From NCBI RefSeq assembly GCF_006345805.1, contig NC_042997.1:82336001-82400000 (forward strand): a stretch of 64,000 nucleotides of DNA, written 5' to 3'. This document shows, piece by piece, positions 23,061-34,160 of the stretch. The notes below the pieces were generated by a model. It saw only the letters and a list, made by a program, of their open reading frames with translations. It had not been told where the DNA came from and did no database searches. Position 1 is the stretch's first letter. Each line of letters starts with the position of its first letter. A program made the translations under genes and the position numbers. The stretch is from Octopus sinensis (lineage: Eukaryota).

Positions 23061-23265
23061 TGTAAAGTTAATCCAAACATGAAAACACAACGAGAAAACA
23101 CAACAACGCGAGGATGTGGAACAAGTATAGTGTTATTGGAGGCTCAGGAAAGGAAAGAACGAAGGAGGATTTAACTTTTCGAGCGGAGCTCTTCATCAGA
23201 AACATAGGAAAAAGAAAGATCCAAGGAAGGGAAGACGGAACAAAAAAAAATCGTCGATACATACA
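23060..23265 (-). mobile_element. Penelope-like terminal fragment with minimal hammerhead-like motif at 23169-23203
   Basis: The minus strand reads GUUU CUGAUGA A GAGC UCC GCUC GAAA AGU U AAAU, in a short non-coding fragment between microsatellites. Confidence 0.55.
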
Positions 23266-23274
23266 CAGTCACAT

Positions 23275-23324
23275 TATGTGTGTGTGTGTGTGTATGTATG
23301 CGTATATATATATGTATGTGTGTG

Positions 23325-23386
<62 letters not shown>

Positions 23387-23441
23387 GCACATATATATAT
23401 ATATATAATATATATATATATGCACATATATATATATGCAC

Positions 23442-23490
<49 letters not shown>

Positions 23491-23600
23491 TATATATATA
23501 TATGCACATATATATATACATATATATATATATTATATATATATATATATATATACATATATATACACACATATTCATACATACATACAGACAGACATAC
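23275..23600. repeat. Compound (TG)/(TA)/(CA) microsatellite
   Basis: Visible dinucleotide runs. Confidence 0.95.
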
Positions 23601-24059
23601 ATACATATTCTGCAGCTGATATCCTGAGATTCTCTGAATAGAAGACAGTAGTGCTCAAAAGATTCAAATTTAGACTACAAAACCTTTATAGGGGATCGAT
23701 TCTACTAGGTAAAGAAAGGCTATAAGTTGAGCATGTATAGAGGCAATTATGTGGATAAACAAATTAGATACATTAAATATATCAAATATATGAAATACGA
23801 AATATATATAGATATATATATGCAAAACGAGAGAAAGCAAATGGTGCAAACTTTCAGATGGTGAATTTTTAAGTATAGATATATAGATATTTATATTAAT
23901 ACATCCAACTTGCACTGAGTACGAATGACAGAGAAAATTAAAAGGGTGGAAGAAAGGTGTAAGAAGTTCAACCATTGTTTCTGGAGACTCTGAGATCTAT
24001 AATAAAGTTAATAGATGTAGTTCATAACAATATGTGGCCATATGAATGCAATTAATGCT

Positions 24060-24650
24060 AATTGCATCCATACAGTTGCACTGAGCCTTGATGAACCCCT
24101 ACTGGTACACCAAATTCCTGACTAACTCTCACCTTACAGATAGTATCTTTGTACATGGCTTGTACATGGCCTGTACAGCTTTTACCAGCCACTCATCTTT
24201 CCCTAGCCTCTTCAGAACCCACCATATCATGCAGCAGGGTACTCTATCAAATGCTTTCCCTATATCAATGAATCCCAAGTATAAAGCTTTATTCTTAGCT
24301 AATTACCTATGAAAATAACATTTGTACTGCTTCTCCAGATGAAGCCAAACTGCATTTCATCTAGCCAAATTTCCCTCACCTGGTCCAGGAGTTTGGTGCC
24401 TCTTTAACTGTTTCTACCAGGTATTTTGAGCATCTCTAGATGGACCAGGCGCTTTCCTAGTTTTCTTGTTCTTAATTGCCTTATCTAGCATACTGCTGTC
24501 CACTGATCTGTTTGTTGGCTTCACATGAGGAAGACTCCTTTTGTCACATTCATTCTCTACATTTAACAGTCTTGCATAGTAACTTCTCCACACCTCCTTC
24601 TTGTCTACATCACTAAGTGCAAGCATACCATAATTCATCCACACACACAC
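24060..24650 (-). mobile_element. Old RTE LINE fragment
   Basis: Collinear by eye with the RT region of the better-preserved RTE copies. The ORF track gives LALSDVDKKEVWRSYYARLLNVENE...KAPGPS. Confidence 0.75.
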
Positions 24651-24699
24651 TTCTCTTCTACAATATCTCAGTTCTCACTGAAACACTGTCTAGCACTGT

Positions 24700-24900
24700 C
24701 TAGCACCTGTGCTGGTGCCACATAAAAGGACTGTCTACTCTGTGGAGCAGTTGGTGATAGGAGTACATCCAGCTGTAAAAGCCTTGCCGAAACAGAGTAA
24801 CCTGGGGTAGTCTTCTATCTGGCCGGCTCCTGTTGAACCGTCCACCCCATGCCTACACAAAGACAGATGTAAAATGATGAAGAAACACTGATGATGATGA
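24700..24900 (+). mobile_element. Degenerate RTE 3'-UTR/tail fragment
   Basis: CATCCAGCTGTA...CCGTCCA.CCCATGC...GATGTAAAATGATGA is the reverse complement of the tail at 26490, 30250, 36655 and 49037. Confidence 0.6.
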
Positions 24901-24955
24901 TGGATATATATCTATAGTGTGTGTGTGTGTGTGTAATATATATATATATGAGTAA

Positions 24956-24998
<43 letters not shown>

Positions 24999-25016
24999 AT
25001 GAGTAATATACATATA

Positions 25017-26062
25017 TACTAGCATTAAAGATCCGTCGTTGCCGGGTCATAGTGCTAGTGCATGTATATATGTGTATATATATGTGTACATATTACATGT
25101 ACTTCTATATATATACATCTACACATAAAATACAAAATACAGAGTTATATCTTGATATCGCTAGTGATAACAATACTCAAAATATATAACAGACTGGAAT
25201 TGTTAGCCCGTCTCTTGTAATTTTGATCAATTGTATCCTGTCCTCCCTATTGTATAGAAGTTTGGCTACAATTCAGCCTACCTCTACTTCTGGGGGGTGG
25301 GCATTTTAAATTTTTTTCCGGGACGTCCTACGTCCCAGATATAAAGGTAAAAATAAAATATTTCCACTTTGCAAGTTCGAGTCGAGTACTCCCTTGCACG
25401 CTCCGTTGACTCGAACTTTGCTTCTATTTTGGCGAATTTACCGCCTCAGATTAAATATCTTTCATAGTCCCACCAAGACGCTTTTCAAAGGTGCTTTTCT
25501 CCATGTGTTCAAATCTTCTTTTTTCTCTATATTATATACTTTATAGACAATAGTCTTTCCTTTAATTTAATTTTTTATTATCCATCTGGACTATTCCATT
25601 TCTGCACGCTAATTTTATTTTTAATTTATTCCCATACATGTGAAACCACTTATTCCAGTTCAAGTCATTGATGCAATTTTATACTAATTGCTATTTTTAC
25701 TTTTGTTATGTTACGGTTATATTATACTTTAGTTTGATTTTAATTATTACTTACTACATATAATTCAATTGTTATTATTATTTTTATTGTTAAAGTGAAA
25801 GCATCTGACATAAAATAGAGAAATGTTTTTCTTTCACTTTTAACACGTAATACTGAAATAGTGGAGAAGATATGATATTGCTTTTGGCTCGCTCTAGGCA
25901 AGAAGTTGAACATTTTTTTGCCCATGAAACTACATGGACCCTAAGTAAGGCATGTGTAAAATTTGAATGAAATTGGTTGTGTAGTTCTCAAGTTTTAGGG
26001 AAACACACAGACAGACAGACAGACAGGAAGACACACATTCTCAGTTTTATATATATAAAGAT
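25017..26062 (+). mobile_element. Non-autonomous Helitron-like element (Lep1/DINE-1/HINE-like), family A copy 1
   Basis: 5' TACTAGCATTAAAGATCCGTCGTTGCCGGGTCATAGTGCTAGT hairpin, an (ACAG)n tract near the 3' end, and a TCAGTTTTATATATATAAAGAT end, all embedded in (TA)n. Three collinear copies are in the window. Family assignment is from recalled structural hallmarks. Confidence 0.7.
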
Positions 26063-26239
26063 ATATATATATATGAGTAATATATATATATCGATAGGTG
26101 AATGAATTATCCTATGTTTACCGTCAACATGGAAAATTCAATGAACCGATACCAGGATAGCAAATTCGCATCAGAAACACTGTTGAAGTGACCTGTCCAA
26201 GAGTAGAAACTCCAGGTTCATGTGCAGAAATTTGTGTGT

Positions 26240-26339
26240 TATATATGAATAAATAAATAAATGGAGTTGAACGAAGATGTTAACAAAATTCCTAAGGGAA
26301 TTTTATTAACATCTTCGTTCAACTCCACTTATTTATTTA

Positions 26340-26348
<9 letters not shown>
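26240..26348. repeat. Near-perfect ~105-bp hairpin
   Basis: ATATGAATAAATAAATAAATGGAGTTGAACGAAGATGTTAACAAAATTCC pairs with its downstream reverse complement with 2 mismatches; the loop is about 4 nt. Confidence 0.9.
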
Positions 26349-26382
<34 letters not shown>

Positions 26383-26422
26383 CATATATATATATATATA
26401 TTATATATATATATATATATTA

Positions 26423-26463
<41 letters not shown>

Positions 26464-26484
26464 CATATATATATATATATATAT

Positions 26485-26486
<2 letters not shown>

Positions 26487-26519
<33 letters not shown>

Positions 26520-26945
26520 TTAACGTCCGCTTTCCATGCTAGCATGGGTTGGACGGTTCAACTGGGGTCTGGGGAGCCCGAAGGCTGCACCAGTCCAGTC
26601 AGATCTGGCAGTGTTTCTACAGCTGGATACCCTTCCTAACGCCAACCACTCCGAGAGTGTAGTGGGTGATTTTATGTGCCACCGACACAGGTGCCAGACG
26701 AGGCTGGCAAACGGCCACGCTCGGATGGTGTTTTTTATGTGCCACCGACACAGGTGCCAGACGAGGCTTGCAGACGGCCACGCTCGGATGGTGTTTTTAT
26801 GTGCCACCGACACAGGTGCCAGATGAGGCTGGCAAACGGCCACGATCGGATGGTGTTTGTTACGTGCCCACAGCACGGAGGCCAGTCGATGCGGTACTGG
26901 CTACGGCCACGTTCAGATGGTTTTCTTGTGTGCCACGTGCCACAA
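26487..26945 (-). mobile_element. RTE LINE 3'-UTR fragment with (ATG)n tail and ~63-bp tandem repeats
   Basis: (CAT)n TTAACGTCCGCTTTCCATGCTAGCATGGGTTGGAC is the same tail attached to RTE ORFs at 36655 and 49037. Repeat anchors at 26674, 26737, 26799 and 26862. Confidence 0.85.
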
Positions 26946-27049
26946 AGATACAAATTCCATTGATGTTCATCTATTTTGATTTGTTATATATATATATATA
27001 TATATATATACTATTCATATATATCTATATATATATATATATATATATA

Positions 27050-28552
27050 TACTAGCATTATGACCCGTCGTTGCCGGGTCATAGTGCTAGTGCATGTATA
27101 TATGTGTATATATATGTGTACATATTACATGTACTTCTATATATATACATCTACACATAAAATACAAAATACAAAGTTATATCTTGATATCGCTAGTGAT
27201 AACAATACTCAAAATATATAACAGACTGGAATTGTAGGCTCGTCTCTTGCAATTTCGCTCAATTGGATCTTGTCCTCCCTCTTGTATAGAAGTGTGGCTA
27301 CAATCCAGCCTACCTTTACTTCTGGGGTGGGGTGGGGGGGCATTTTAAATTTTTATCCGGGACGTCCTACGTCCCAGATATAAAACTAAAAATAAAATAT
27401 TTCCACTTTGCAAGGTTCGAGTCGAGTACTCCCTTGCACGCTCCGTTGACTCGAACTTTGCTTCTATTGTGGCGAATTTACCACCTCAGGTTAGATATCT
27501 CTCATAGTCACACCAAGACACTTTTCGATGGTGCTTTCCTCCAGGTGTTCAAATCTTTTTTTTTTCTCTATATTGTATACTTTATAGACAATAATCTTTT
27601 CTTTAATTTAATTTTTTATTTCATTTGGTGCTGTTATCCTAGATTCACTGTCTTTGTCGGTGATCAATCCTTATTTCTTCTGTTTTAATTTTAATGAGTT
27701 CGCGCCCTCTGACGGCTGCAGCGAAATTCATTTTTGGACTTTCTTCTATCGAAGGCATTCTAACAAAAATGCTTCCGTGTAAACGGTGAAAATATTGTCA
27801 ATTTCCCCAAACAGGGACACAATTCAATTTTTAAACAATAACCAAAGCTCCTTCTCCAAAAGGGGGAGGGTTACAGTTTACAATTATTTAACAAATGTGA
27901 TAACAATAGTTAAACACTAATAATAATAACAACAAACCTTACGATGAGTCAGTAAGCAGTTGAAGCTCTAGTCCTTTATGTATAAGAAATAAACCATCAG
28001 GAGCGGCTGTTCGAGAAAACAGATATTACATACAGCCAAACTTCATATAGATACTTAATGCTAGCTAATTAACAGATAATCTAACGTAAAAGCACAGTTC
28101 CATCTGGACTATTCCATTTCTGCATGCTAATTTTATTTTTAATTTATTCCCATTCATGTGAAACCACTTATTCAAGTTCAAGTCATTGATGCAATTTTAT
28201 ACCAATTGCTATTTTTACTTTTGTTATGTTACAATTATATTATACTTTAGTTTGATTTTAATTATTACTTACTACATATAATTCAATTGTTATTATTATT
28301 TTTATTGTTAAAGTGAAAGCATCTGACATAAAATAGAGAAATGTCTTTCTTTCACTTGTAACACGTAATATTGAAAGAGTGGAGAAGATATGATATTGCT
28401 TTGGGCTCGCTCTAGGCAAGAAGTTGAATAAAAGTTTTTTGCCGATGACACTCCCCAGACCCTAGGTAAGGCATGTGTAAAATTTGAATGAAATTGGTTG
28501 TGTAGTTCTCAAGTTTTAGGGAAACACACAGACAGACAGACACACATTCTCA

Positions 28553-28560
<8 letters not shown>
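27050..28560 (+). mobile_element. Helitron-like family A copy 2, carrying a ~470-bp insertion (27629-28099)
   Basis: Collinear with 25017-26062 except for the inserted block. Confidence 0.75.
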
Positions 28561-28599
<39 letters not shown>

Positions 28600-28611
<12 letters not shown>

Positions 28612-30250
28612 TGAGCTTCTGTGTCATTGCTGGCAAAAGGGTACAGTCCCTCAGGATATTCAGGATGCTAACATCGTTATGCATTACAAAAACAAAGATG
28701 ACCGTGGTGATTGTAACAATTACCATGGAATATCTCTTCTCAGCACAGTTGGAAAGACCTTTGCTCAGGTTATCCTGTCCTAGCTATAGCTGCTTGCTTC
28801 TCAAATATATCCAGAATCACTGTGTGGCTTTAGAAGAAGCAGATGAACTATTGACATGATATTCTCCATATGCCAACTTCAGGAGAAGTCCAGAGAGCAG
28901 AAAATGCTATTATATATATGGCCTTCATTGATCTGACAAAGGCCTTTGACTTGGTAAGTAGAAAAGGCCTCTTCATCCTGCTTCAAAAAATTGGATGTCC
29001 ACTAAAGCTGCTGAGGATCATCAAATCTTTCCATGATGATATGGTTCAACATCAGCCGCCTTCCAAATAAAAAATGGGGTAAAGCAAGGTTGTATCCTTG
29101 CTCCTACATTATTTGGCATCTTTTTGCTGCCGCTGTCACATGCCTTGAAGACATCAGATGATGGAGTGTTTCTGCACAGTAGAAGTGATGGGAAACTTCA
29201 ATCTCTCGCATCTGTGTGCCAAGACCAAAATCAGAAGCGTCCTGATCAAGGAGATGCTCTTTGCTGATGATGCCGCTCTGGTATCACACACAGAAGAAGC
29301 CCTGCAAAGACTCATCAACTGTTTTGAGCAAGCATGTAATGACTTTGGCTTAGTTATCAGCCTCAAGAAGACCAACATCATGGGTCAGGCTACATCGGAC
29401 ATCTCAAACATACATATTGGAGATCACAGACTACAGGATGTGGAGAAGTTTACCTATCTTGGCTCTACAACCACCTACAACCTATCTCTTGATGCTAAGC
29501 TCAATGTATGCATTACCAAGGCAGCTGCTGTGATGGCCCAACTCTCTAAACGAGCATGGGACAATAATAAGCTAACCAAGACCACAAAAAATGAAGATTT
29601 ACCAGGCATCTGTACTTAGCACTCTACTGTATGGCAGTGAGACCTGGATGCCATACACATGCCAAGAGTGTCGCCTAAATATCTTTCACCTATGCTGCCT
29701 CCAGAAAATCCTTGGCATCAAATGGCAGAATTGTGTCCCCAACAAAGATGTCCTCTAGCATATAGGAATACCAAGCATGTTTGCACTCCTCACACAAAGA
29801 CGCATGAGATGGCTTGGACATGTTAGTGATATGGAAGATGGCAGAATCCCCAAGGGGCACTAGGTCTGTGGGAAGGCTGTTCTTGCGATACAAGGATGTT
29901 TGCAAAAGAGACATGAAGGCTTGTGACATAAATATTAGCAGCTGGGAAGCAGTTGCCAGCAACCGTGGAGATTGGCGACGCACCGTAGAAGAGGGATCAC
30001 AAAGGAGTAACAGAGGGAGAGAAGAGAAATGGAAAGACAAGATAAGATGTCAAGAAACTATGACATTACAACCAGCCAGGCAAAGTCTTCGCTACATTTG
30101 CGGCACCTGCCTGAGGGAAGGTTTGTCTGGGATAGGACTACACAACCACAGCAGGAGATGTATTAGGACATCAAATGTAAAAACCACCGGACTAGATTAT
30201 TTTATGCGCAACTCCATTGTCACCTAAGACAAAAAAAAAAGGATGCCAAT
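28600..30250 (+). mobile_element. RTE (BovB-like) LINE, 5'-truncated and degenerate
   Basis: YMAFIDLTKAFDLVSRKGLF, GVKQGCILAP, EMLFADDAAL, LYGSETW, RYKDVCKRDMKAC and a C-terminal C..C...HSRRC, with frameshifts. Confidence 0.9.
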
Positions 30251-30251
30251 C

Positions 30252-30602
30252 ATCATCATCATCATCATCATCATTTAGCATCCACTTTCCATGCTAGCAT
30301 GGGTTGGACAGTTCAACTGGGGTCTGTGAAGCCAGAAGGCTGCATCAGGCCCAGTCTGATCTGGCAATGTTTCTACGGCTGGATGCCCTTCCTAACACCA
30401 ACCACTCCGTGAGTGTAGTGGGTGCTTTTTACGTGCCAGACGAGGCTAGCAAACGGCCACGATTGGATGGTTCTTTTTACGTGCCACCGGCATGGAGGCC
30501 AGGCAAGGCTGGCAACGACCACGATTGGATGGTGCTTTTTATGTGCCACCGGCACGGAGGCCTGTCGGGGCGGCGCTGGCAACGGCCACGTTTGGATGGT
30601 TT
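30252..30602 (-). mobile_element. RTE LINE 3'-UTR fragment
   Basis: Same (CAT)n-CCATGCTAGCATGGGTTGGAC tail and TTTTACGTGCCACC repeats. Confidence 0.85.
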
Positions 30603-30876
30603 TCTCTATCTCTATGTCTTCACACTGTTTCTCTTTCTATTTCTTTCGATTACCACTCGACAGGACTTCCTACTTCCCCTCCCCTCCACTACCACCATAT
30701 ATAAACTAACGCACGTATTATAGCGCCCCTATTTTCAATTCAAACTGTTGCTGTAAACTACGAACGGAAAGATGACCCACAGATAAGCATTCTTAAATTC
30801 ATCCCGTTACCTACGTAGTAATATTTCTGCGCAATTGTTTAACCTTTAGTTATCTCTATTCTGTTTGACTCTGTCT

Positions 30877-31129
30877 ATTTCAGCCTCACGTATTGTGTTA
30901 AATATATATACAATTCTATAGTCCCTCTTACTTATCAATGTCTAAGATAAATTTCAGCCTCACGTCTCTTGTTAAATATATTTATAATTCTATAGTTCCT
31001 CTTACTTATCGATGTCTAAGATAAATTTCAGCCTCACGTCTCGTGTTAAATATATATATAATTCTATAGTTCCTCTTACTTATCAATATCTAAGATAAAT
31101 TTCAGCCTCACGTCTCGTGTTAAATATAT
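30877..31129. repeat. 74-bp tandem repeat, ~3.4 units
   Basis: The CAGCCTCACG anchor recurs at 30881, 30955, 31029 and 31103. The fourth unit is cut off by the LTR element at 31130. Confidence 0.95.
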
Positions 31130-33482
31130 TGTTACGAACCACCTGCCGTCGCTCAAACTCTTTGGAAAAACCCGGGACCCTACCAAGTTGAGCGACGACG
31201 ATTTACCGGCCCGATCGATCGGGCCAGTAAATCATCGTCGCTCAACTTGGTAGGGTCCCGGGTTTTTCCGAAGAGTTTGAGCGACGGCAGGTGGGATTTC
31301 GTAACAACTGGTGTCAGAATTGGGATTGTCCTGATTGCTGTGGTCGGTCAGTTGTTCACTATGGATTCGGTGGAGGCACGAACTGGTAGCCAGACTGGAG
31401 AGGAAGAGATCTTGCTTGCCTTGATAGTGGAGATGTTGAGGGGCCAGATTGCGCAGACGCGCGCATTCAACGAAGAGATGCATAAGAGGCGACAGGGCCT
31501 GTGGGCAGATCAGCAAGTGCTTGAGGTTGCGGATGGGTCAGCTTTGGAGGATCGGTGTTGGACCGGGGATAGGGACGGTCCTGTGGGCGGAGATTGCCCG
31601 TCAAATGAAGTGGAAAGTGAAGAGTGTGGGTTGGAGGAACCCTGTGATGCTGGACCTGAAGTGGATGTTGTGGAAACTGAAACAGATGTTGCTGAGTCTG
31701 ATGTTGAGAAGCCCGAAGAGTGTGTGTTGTCTGCTGCTGTTGTTCCGTGTCTGGGGCCTTTGGCATCTCGACCCCTGTCTCTCGGGACTCAGGACGAAGA
31801 GCTGGTGAAGTCTGGAGCTGATGTCGCTGAGTCCAAGGAGCCGGCTGTGTGTGTGGTGGCTGCTGCGGTTGATGTTCCGTGTCTGAGTCCTTTGGTGTCT
31901 GGACCCCTGTCTCTCGGGGCTCAGAAGGACTGTATGGTGCCCACTGTGGAGAGGTCACAGGTGTGGATGGACTGTCGGACGAGCGTGCATTCTGAGAAGC
32001 CTTCGGTGCAGGAGCTGGTAACGAAGAGGACCAAGCCTGGTGGTGAGGCGAGACGGCGGCAAACGGTGGTAGGACCACAGAGTACAGGAAGACTGCTCCA
32101 GTGTTGGGTGAGCTTTGTGTTCGATGGTTGCTTGGGGCTGGTGGAGCCCGACAGGCAGTGCCTGGTGAAAGCTCAAGTGAGGGTCGGGTGGACCCTGGTA
32201 GAGGCAGAAGTTGACAGAGCGCTGGTTGGGTCGGCCGATTTATTGGAGGCTGTGCAGGCGATTTGTAGAGGGCAAATCGGGGAATGGCACCGGACGGTGG
32301 ACCAGTGGCAGGGCCAGTTCTGCCAGTACAGTAATGCAGTCGAAGGAGTAGGTGGTCTACCGATGCAGTTGCGGAGACGGTGCTTGGTTGGCGCTCGGAG
32401 GTTGCGGAAGAAGCAACCGTTGGTGAAAAGCGCAGGACGTTGGTCACGAGGGTTGTTGGATGTTGGTCGCACGGACCTGGCGGAACGTTTCGTCGACCCG
32501 GGCGGTCGTCGCTCGAGGAGGCAGCAAGGCCGGAAGATGGTCCCAGTTCGGCAGCAAAAGATGAGGAGATATCGGCGACAGGGGGCAGTGAAAGGGCGGA
32601 ACGGCCACTGGTCGTCGGCCTTAGTTGTGCAGAATGGAGACAGCACAGCAAGGTGCTACGTGGGGTATAGAGCGCTGAGGGAAGTGGCCACTGTGAAGGA
32701 TTGGCCGGACCCTGCTTGTGTGAGGGAGCTAAGGAACTCCCTCGGACGGTGCGCCCATTGTAGGCGGCTCGTGGGAGGCCTCGTGGCCTTGGCGGAGATG
32801 TTACCCAAGCCGCAGAGGGAAGATGCCAACTTGTGGCCAGTGGTGAAGTGGTGGCCGTGGGAGGCGAGACCTCCGGAAGAGAAACCACCCAGGGAGACCT
32901 CCAGTTCCTGGAGCATCTGCTGGAGCTCGCCCTCGGAGGTACGGGTTTAGTGTGCTTCTGTCGGGTCGACAAAGCTTAGGTAGGGGGTAGTGTTATGGGG
33001 GTCAATTCAGGGACAGTGCTTGCAACCGAGTTTTGTGAGTAAATCCTCTGTCCTGTCAGATTCAGGTGAATTGATGAGTTCTGAGGAGACCTTCGACCCT
33101 TTTCAGGTGAAAGAAAGTTCGAGGAAACACCCCTTAAAAAGCAGGAGATGTGAGTCTGTTGGACAGTTGAGGACAGAGCGAGTTAGTAACAGGTTGTTTC
33201 TGCGGTGACAGTGAACGTGAAAGAGGAAGACAGGCAGAGAAGATTAAGGAGCTGAGAAGGAACTGAGAGAGATTGCGGCGAGAGGGCATGGTGATTACAG
33301 TAGTAGTTTCTGAAATTGTTGCAGACGGGAAAGAACGTTCGGTAAAGTTTTGTTTGTGTCTTTTGGTTGTTGTATTTTGATGTGTTAAAAAAAAAATAGA
33401 AAGAAGGAAAGAGGAAAAAGAAAGAACAGTGCTAAAGAGAAAAAGAAATGAGATTATAAAGAACATTGTGAATTGTGTTACA
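31130..33482 (+). mobile_element. Non-autonomous GC-rich Ty3/gypsy derivative with palindromic 5' LTR-like end
   Basis: TGTTAC...GTAACA (31130-31306), then PBS TGGTGTCAGAATTGGGAT (31309-31326; complementary to the tRNA-Leu(CAA) 3' end with 1 mismatch to the recalled sequence), an ORF at 31361-32950, a PPT AGGTAGGGGGTAG, and a TGTTAT-starting LTR-like segment from 32991. The right end is either 33482 (TGTTACA) or ~33572. Confidence 0.8.
31361..32950 (+). CDS. Stop-free 529-codon degenerate gag-pol relic
   Basis: Decayed zinc knuckle RCWTGDRDGPVGGDCP. Pre-RT DVGRTDLAERFVDPG. RT N-terminal relic HWSSALVVQNGDSTARCYVGYRALREV joined directly to the connection relic VKDWPDPACVRELRNSLGRC. No YxDD, RNase H or integrase was seen. 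Confidence 0.55.
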   Translation: MDSVEARTGSQTGEEEILLALIVEMLRGQIAQTRAFNEEMHKRRQGLWADQQVLEVADGSALEDRCWTGDRDGPVGGDCPSNEVESEECGLEEPCDAGPEVDVVETETDVAESDVEKPEECVLSAAVVPCLGPLASRPLSLGTQDEELVKSGADVAESKEPAVCVVAAAVDVPCLSPLVSGPLSLGAQKDCMVPTVERSQVWMDCRTSVHSEKPSVQELVTKRTKPGGEARRRQTVVGPQSTGRLLQCWVSFVFDGCLGLVEPDRQCLVKAQVRVGWTLVEAEVDRALVGSADLLEAVQAICRGQIGEWHRTVDQWQGQFCQYSNAVEGVGGLPMQLRRRCLVGARRLRKKQPLVKSAGRWSRGLLDVGRTDLAERFVDPGGRRSRRQQGRKMVPVRQQKMRRYRRQGAVKGRNGHWSSALVVQNGDSTARCYVGYRALREVATVKDWPDPACVRELRNSLGRCAHCRRLVGGLVALAEMLPKPQREDANLWPVVKWWPWEARPPEEKPPRETSSSWSICWSSPSEVRV

Positions 33483-34160
33483 GAGTTGTTGATACGTGTT
33501 AAAGAAAGAGAAGGACTTTAATGTGATTTGAACATTGAACTGTATCGTTAATGTGAACAAATAATGTTCACATTATATATATATATATGTATATATATGT
33601 ATATATATATATATATTATATATATATATATACATATGTATATATATATGAGTAATATACATATATACTAGCATTAAAGACCCGTCGTTGCCAGGTCATA
33701 GTGCTAGTGCATGTATATATGTGTATATATGTGTACATATTACATGTACATCTATATATACATCTACACATTAAATACAAAATACAAAGTTATATCTTGA
33801 TATCGTTAGTGTTAACAATGCTCAAAATATATAACAGACTGGAATTGTTAGCCCGTCTCTTGTAATTTCGATCAATTGTATCTTGTCCTCCCTCTTGTAT
33901 AGAAGTGTGGCTACAATCCAGCCTACCTCTACTTCGGGGTGGGGTGGGGCATTTTAAATTTTATTCCAGGACATTCTATGTCCCAGATATAAAGGTAAAA
34001 ATAAAATATTTCCAATTTGCAAGTTCGAGTCGAGTACTCCCTTGCACGCTCCGTTGACTCGAACCTTGCCCTTGCTTCTATTGTGGCGAATTTACCGCCT
34101 CTGATTAGATACCTTTCATAGTCCCACCAAGACACTTTTCAAAGGTGCTTTTCTCCATGT

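Noticed and set aside
22768-23641. Many overlapping 60-175 aa ORFs rich in I/Y/M/C/H (also at 26261, 26976 and 38816)
   Set aside because: They are translations of (TA)n/(TG)n microsatellites, which lack stop codons in several frames.
30877-31129. Regularly spaced repeats (also 26660-26900) as a CRISPR-like array
   Set aside because: The units are contiguous tandem repeats with no unique spacers, there are no cas genes, and the context is eukaryotic.
31467-32972. 501-aa antisense ORF
   Set aside because: Low-complexity P/S/T/R-rich translation opposite a GC-rich ORF. All recognisable retroelement motifs are on the + strand.
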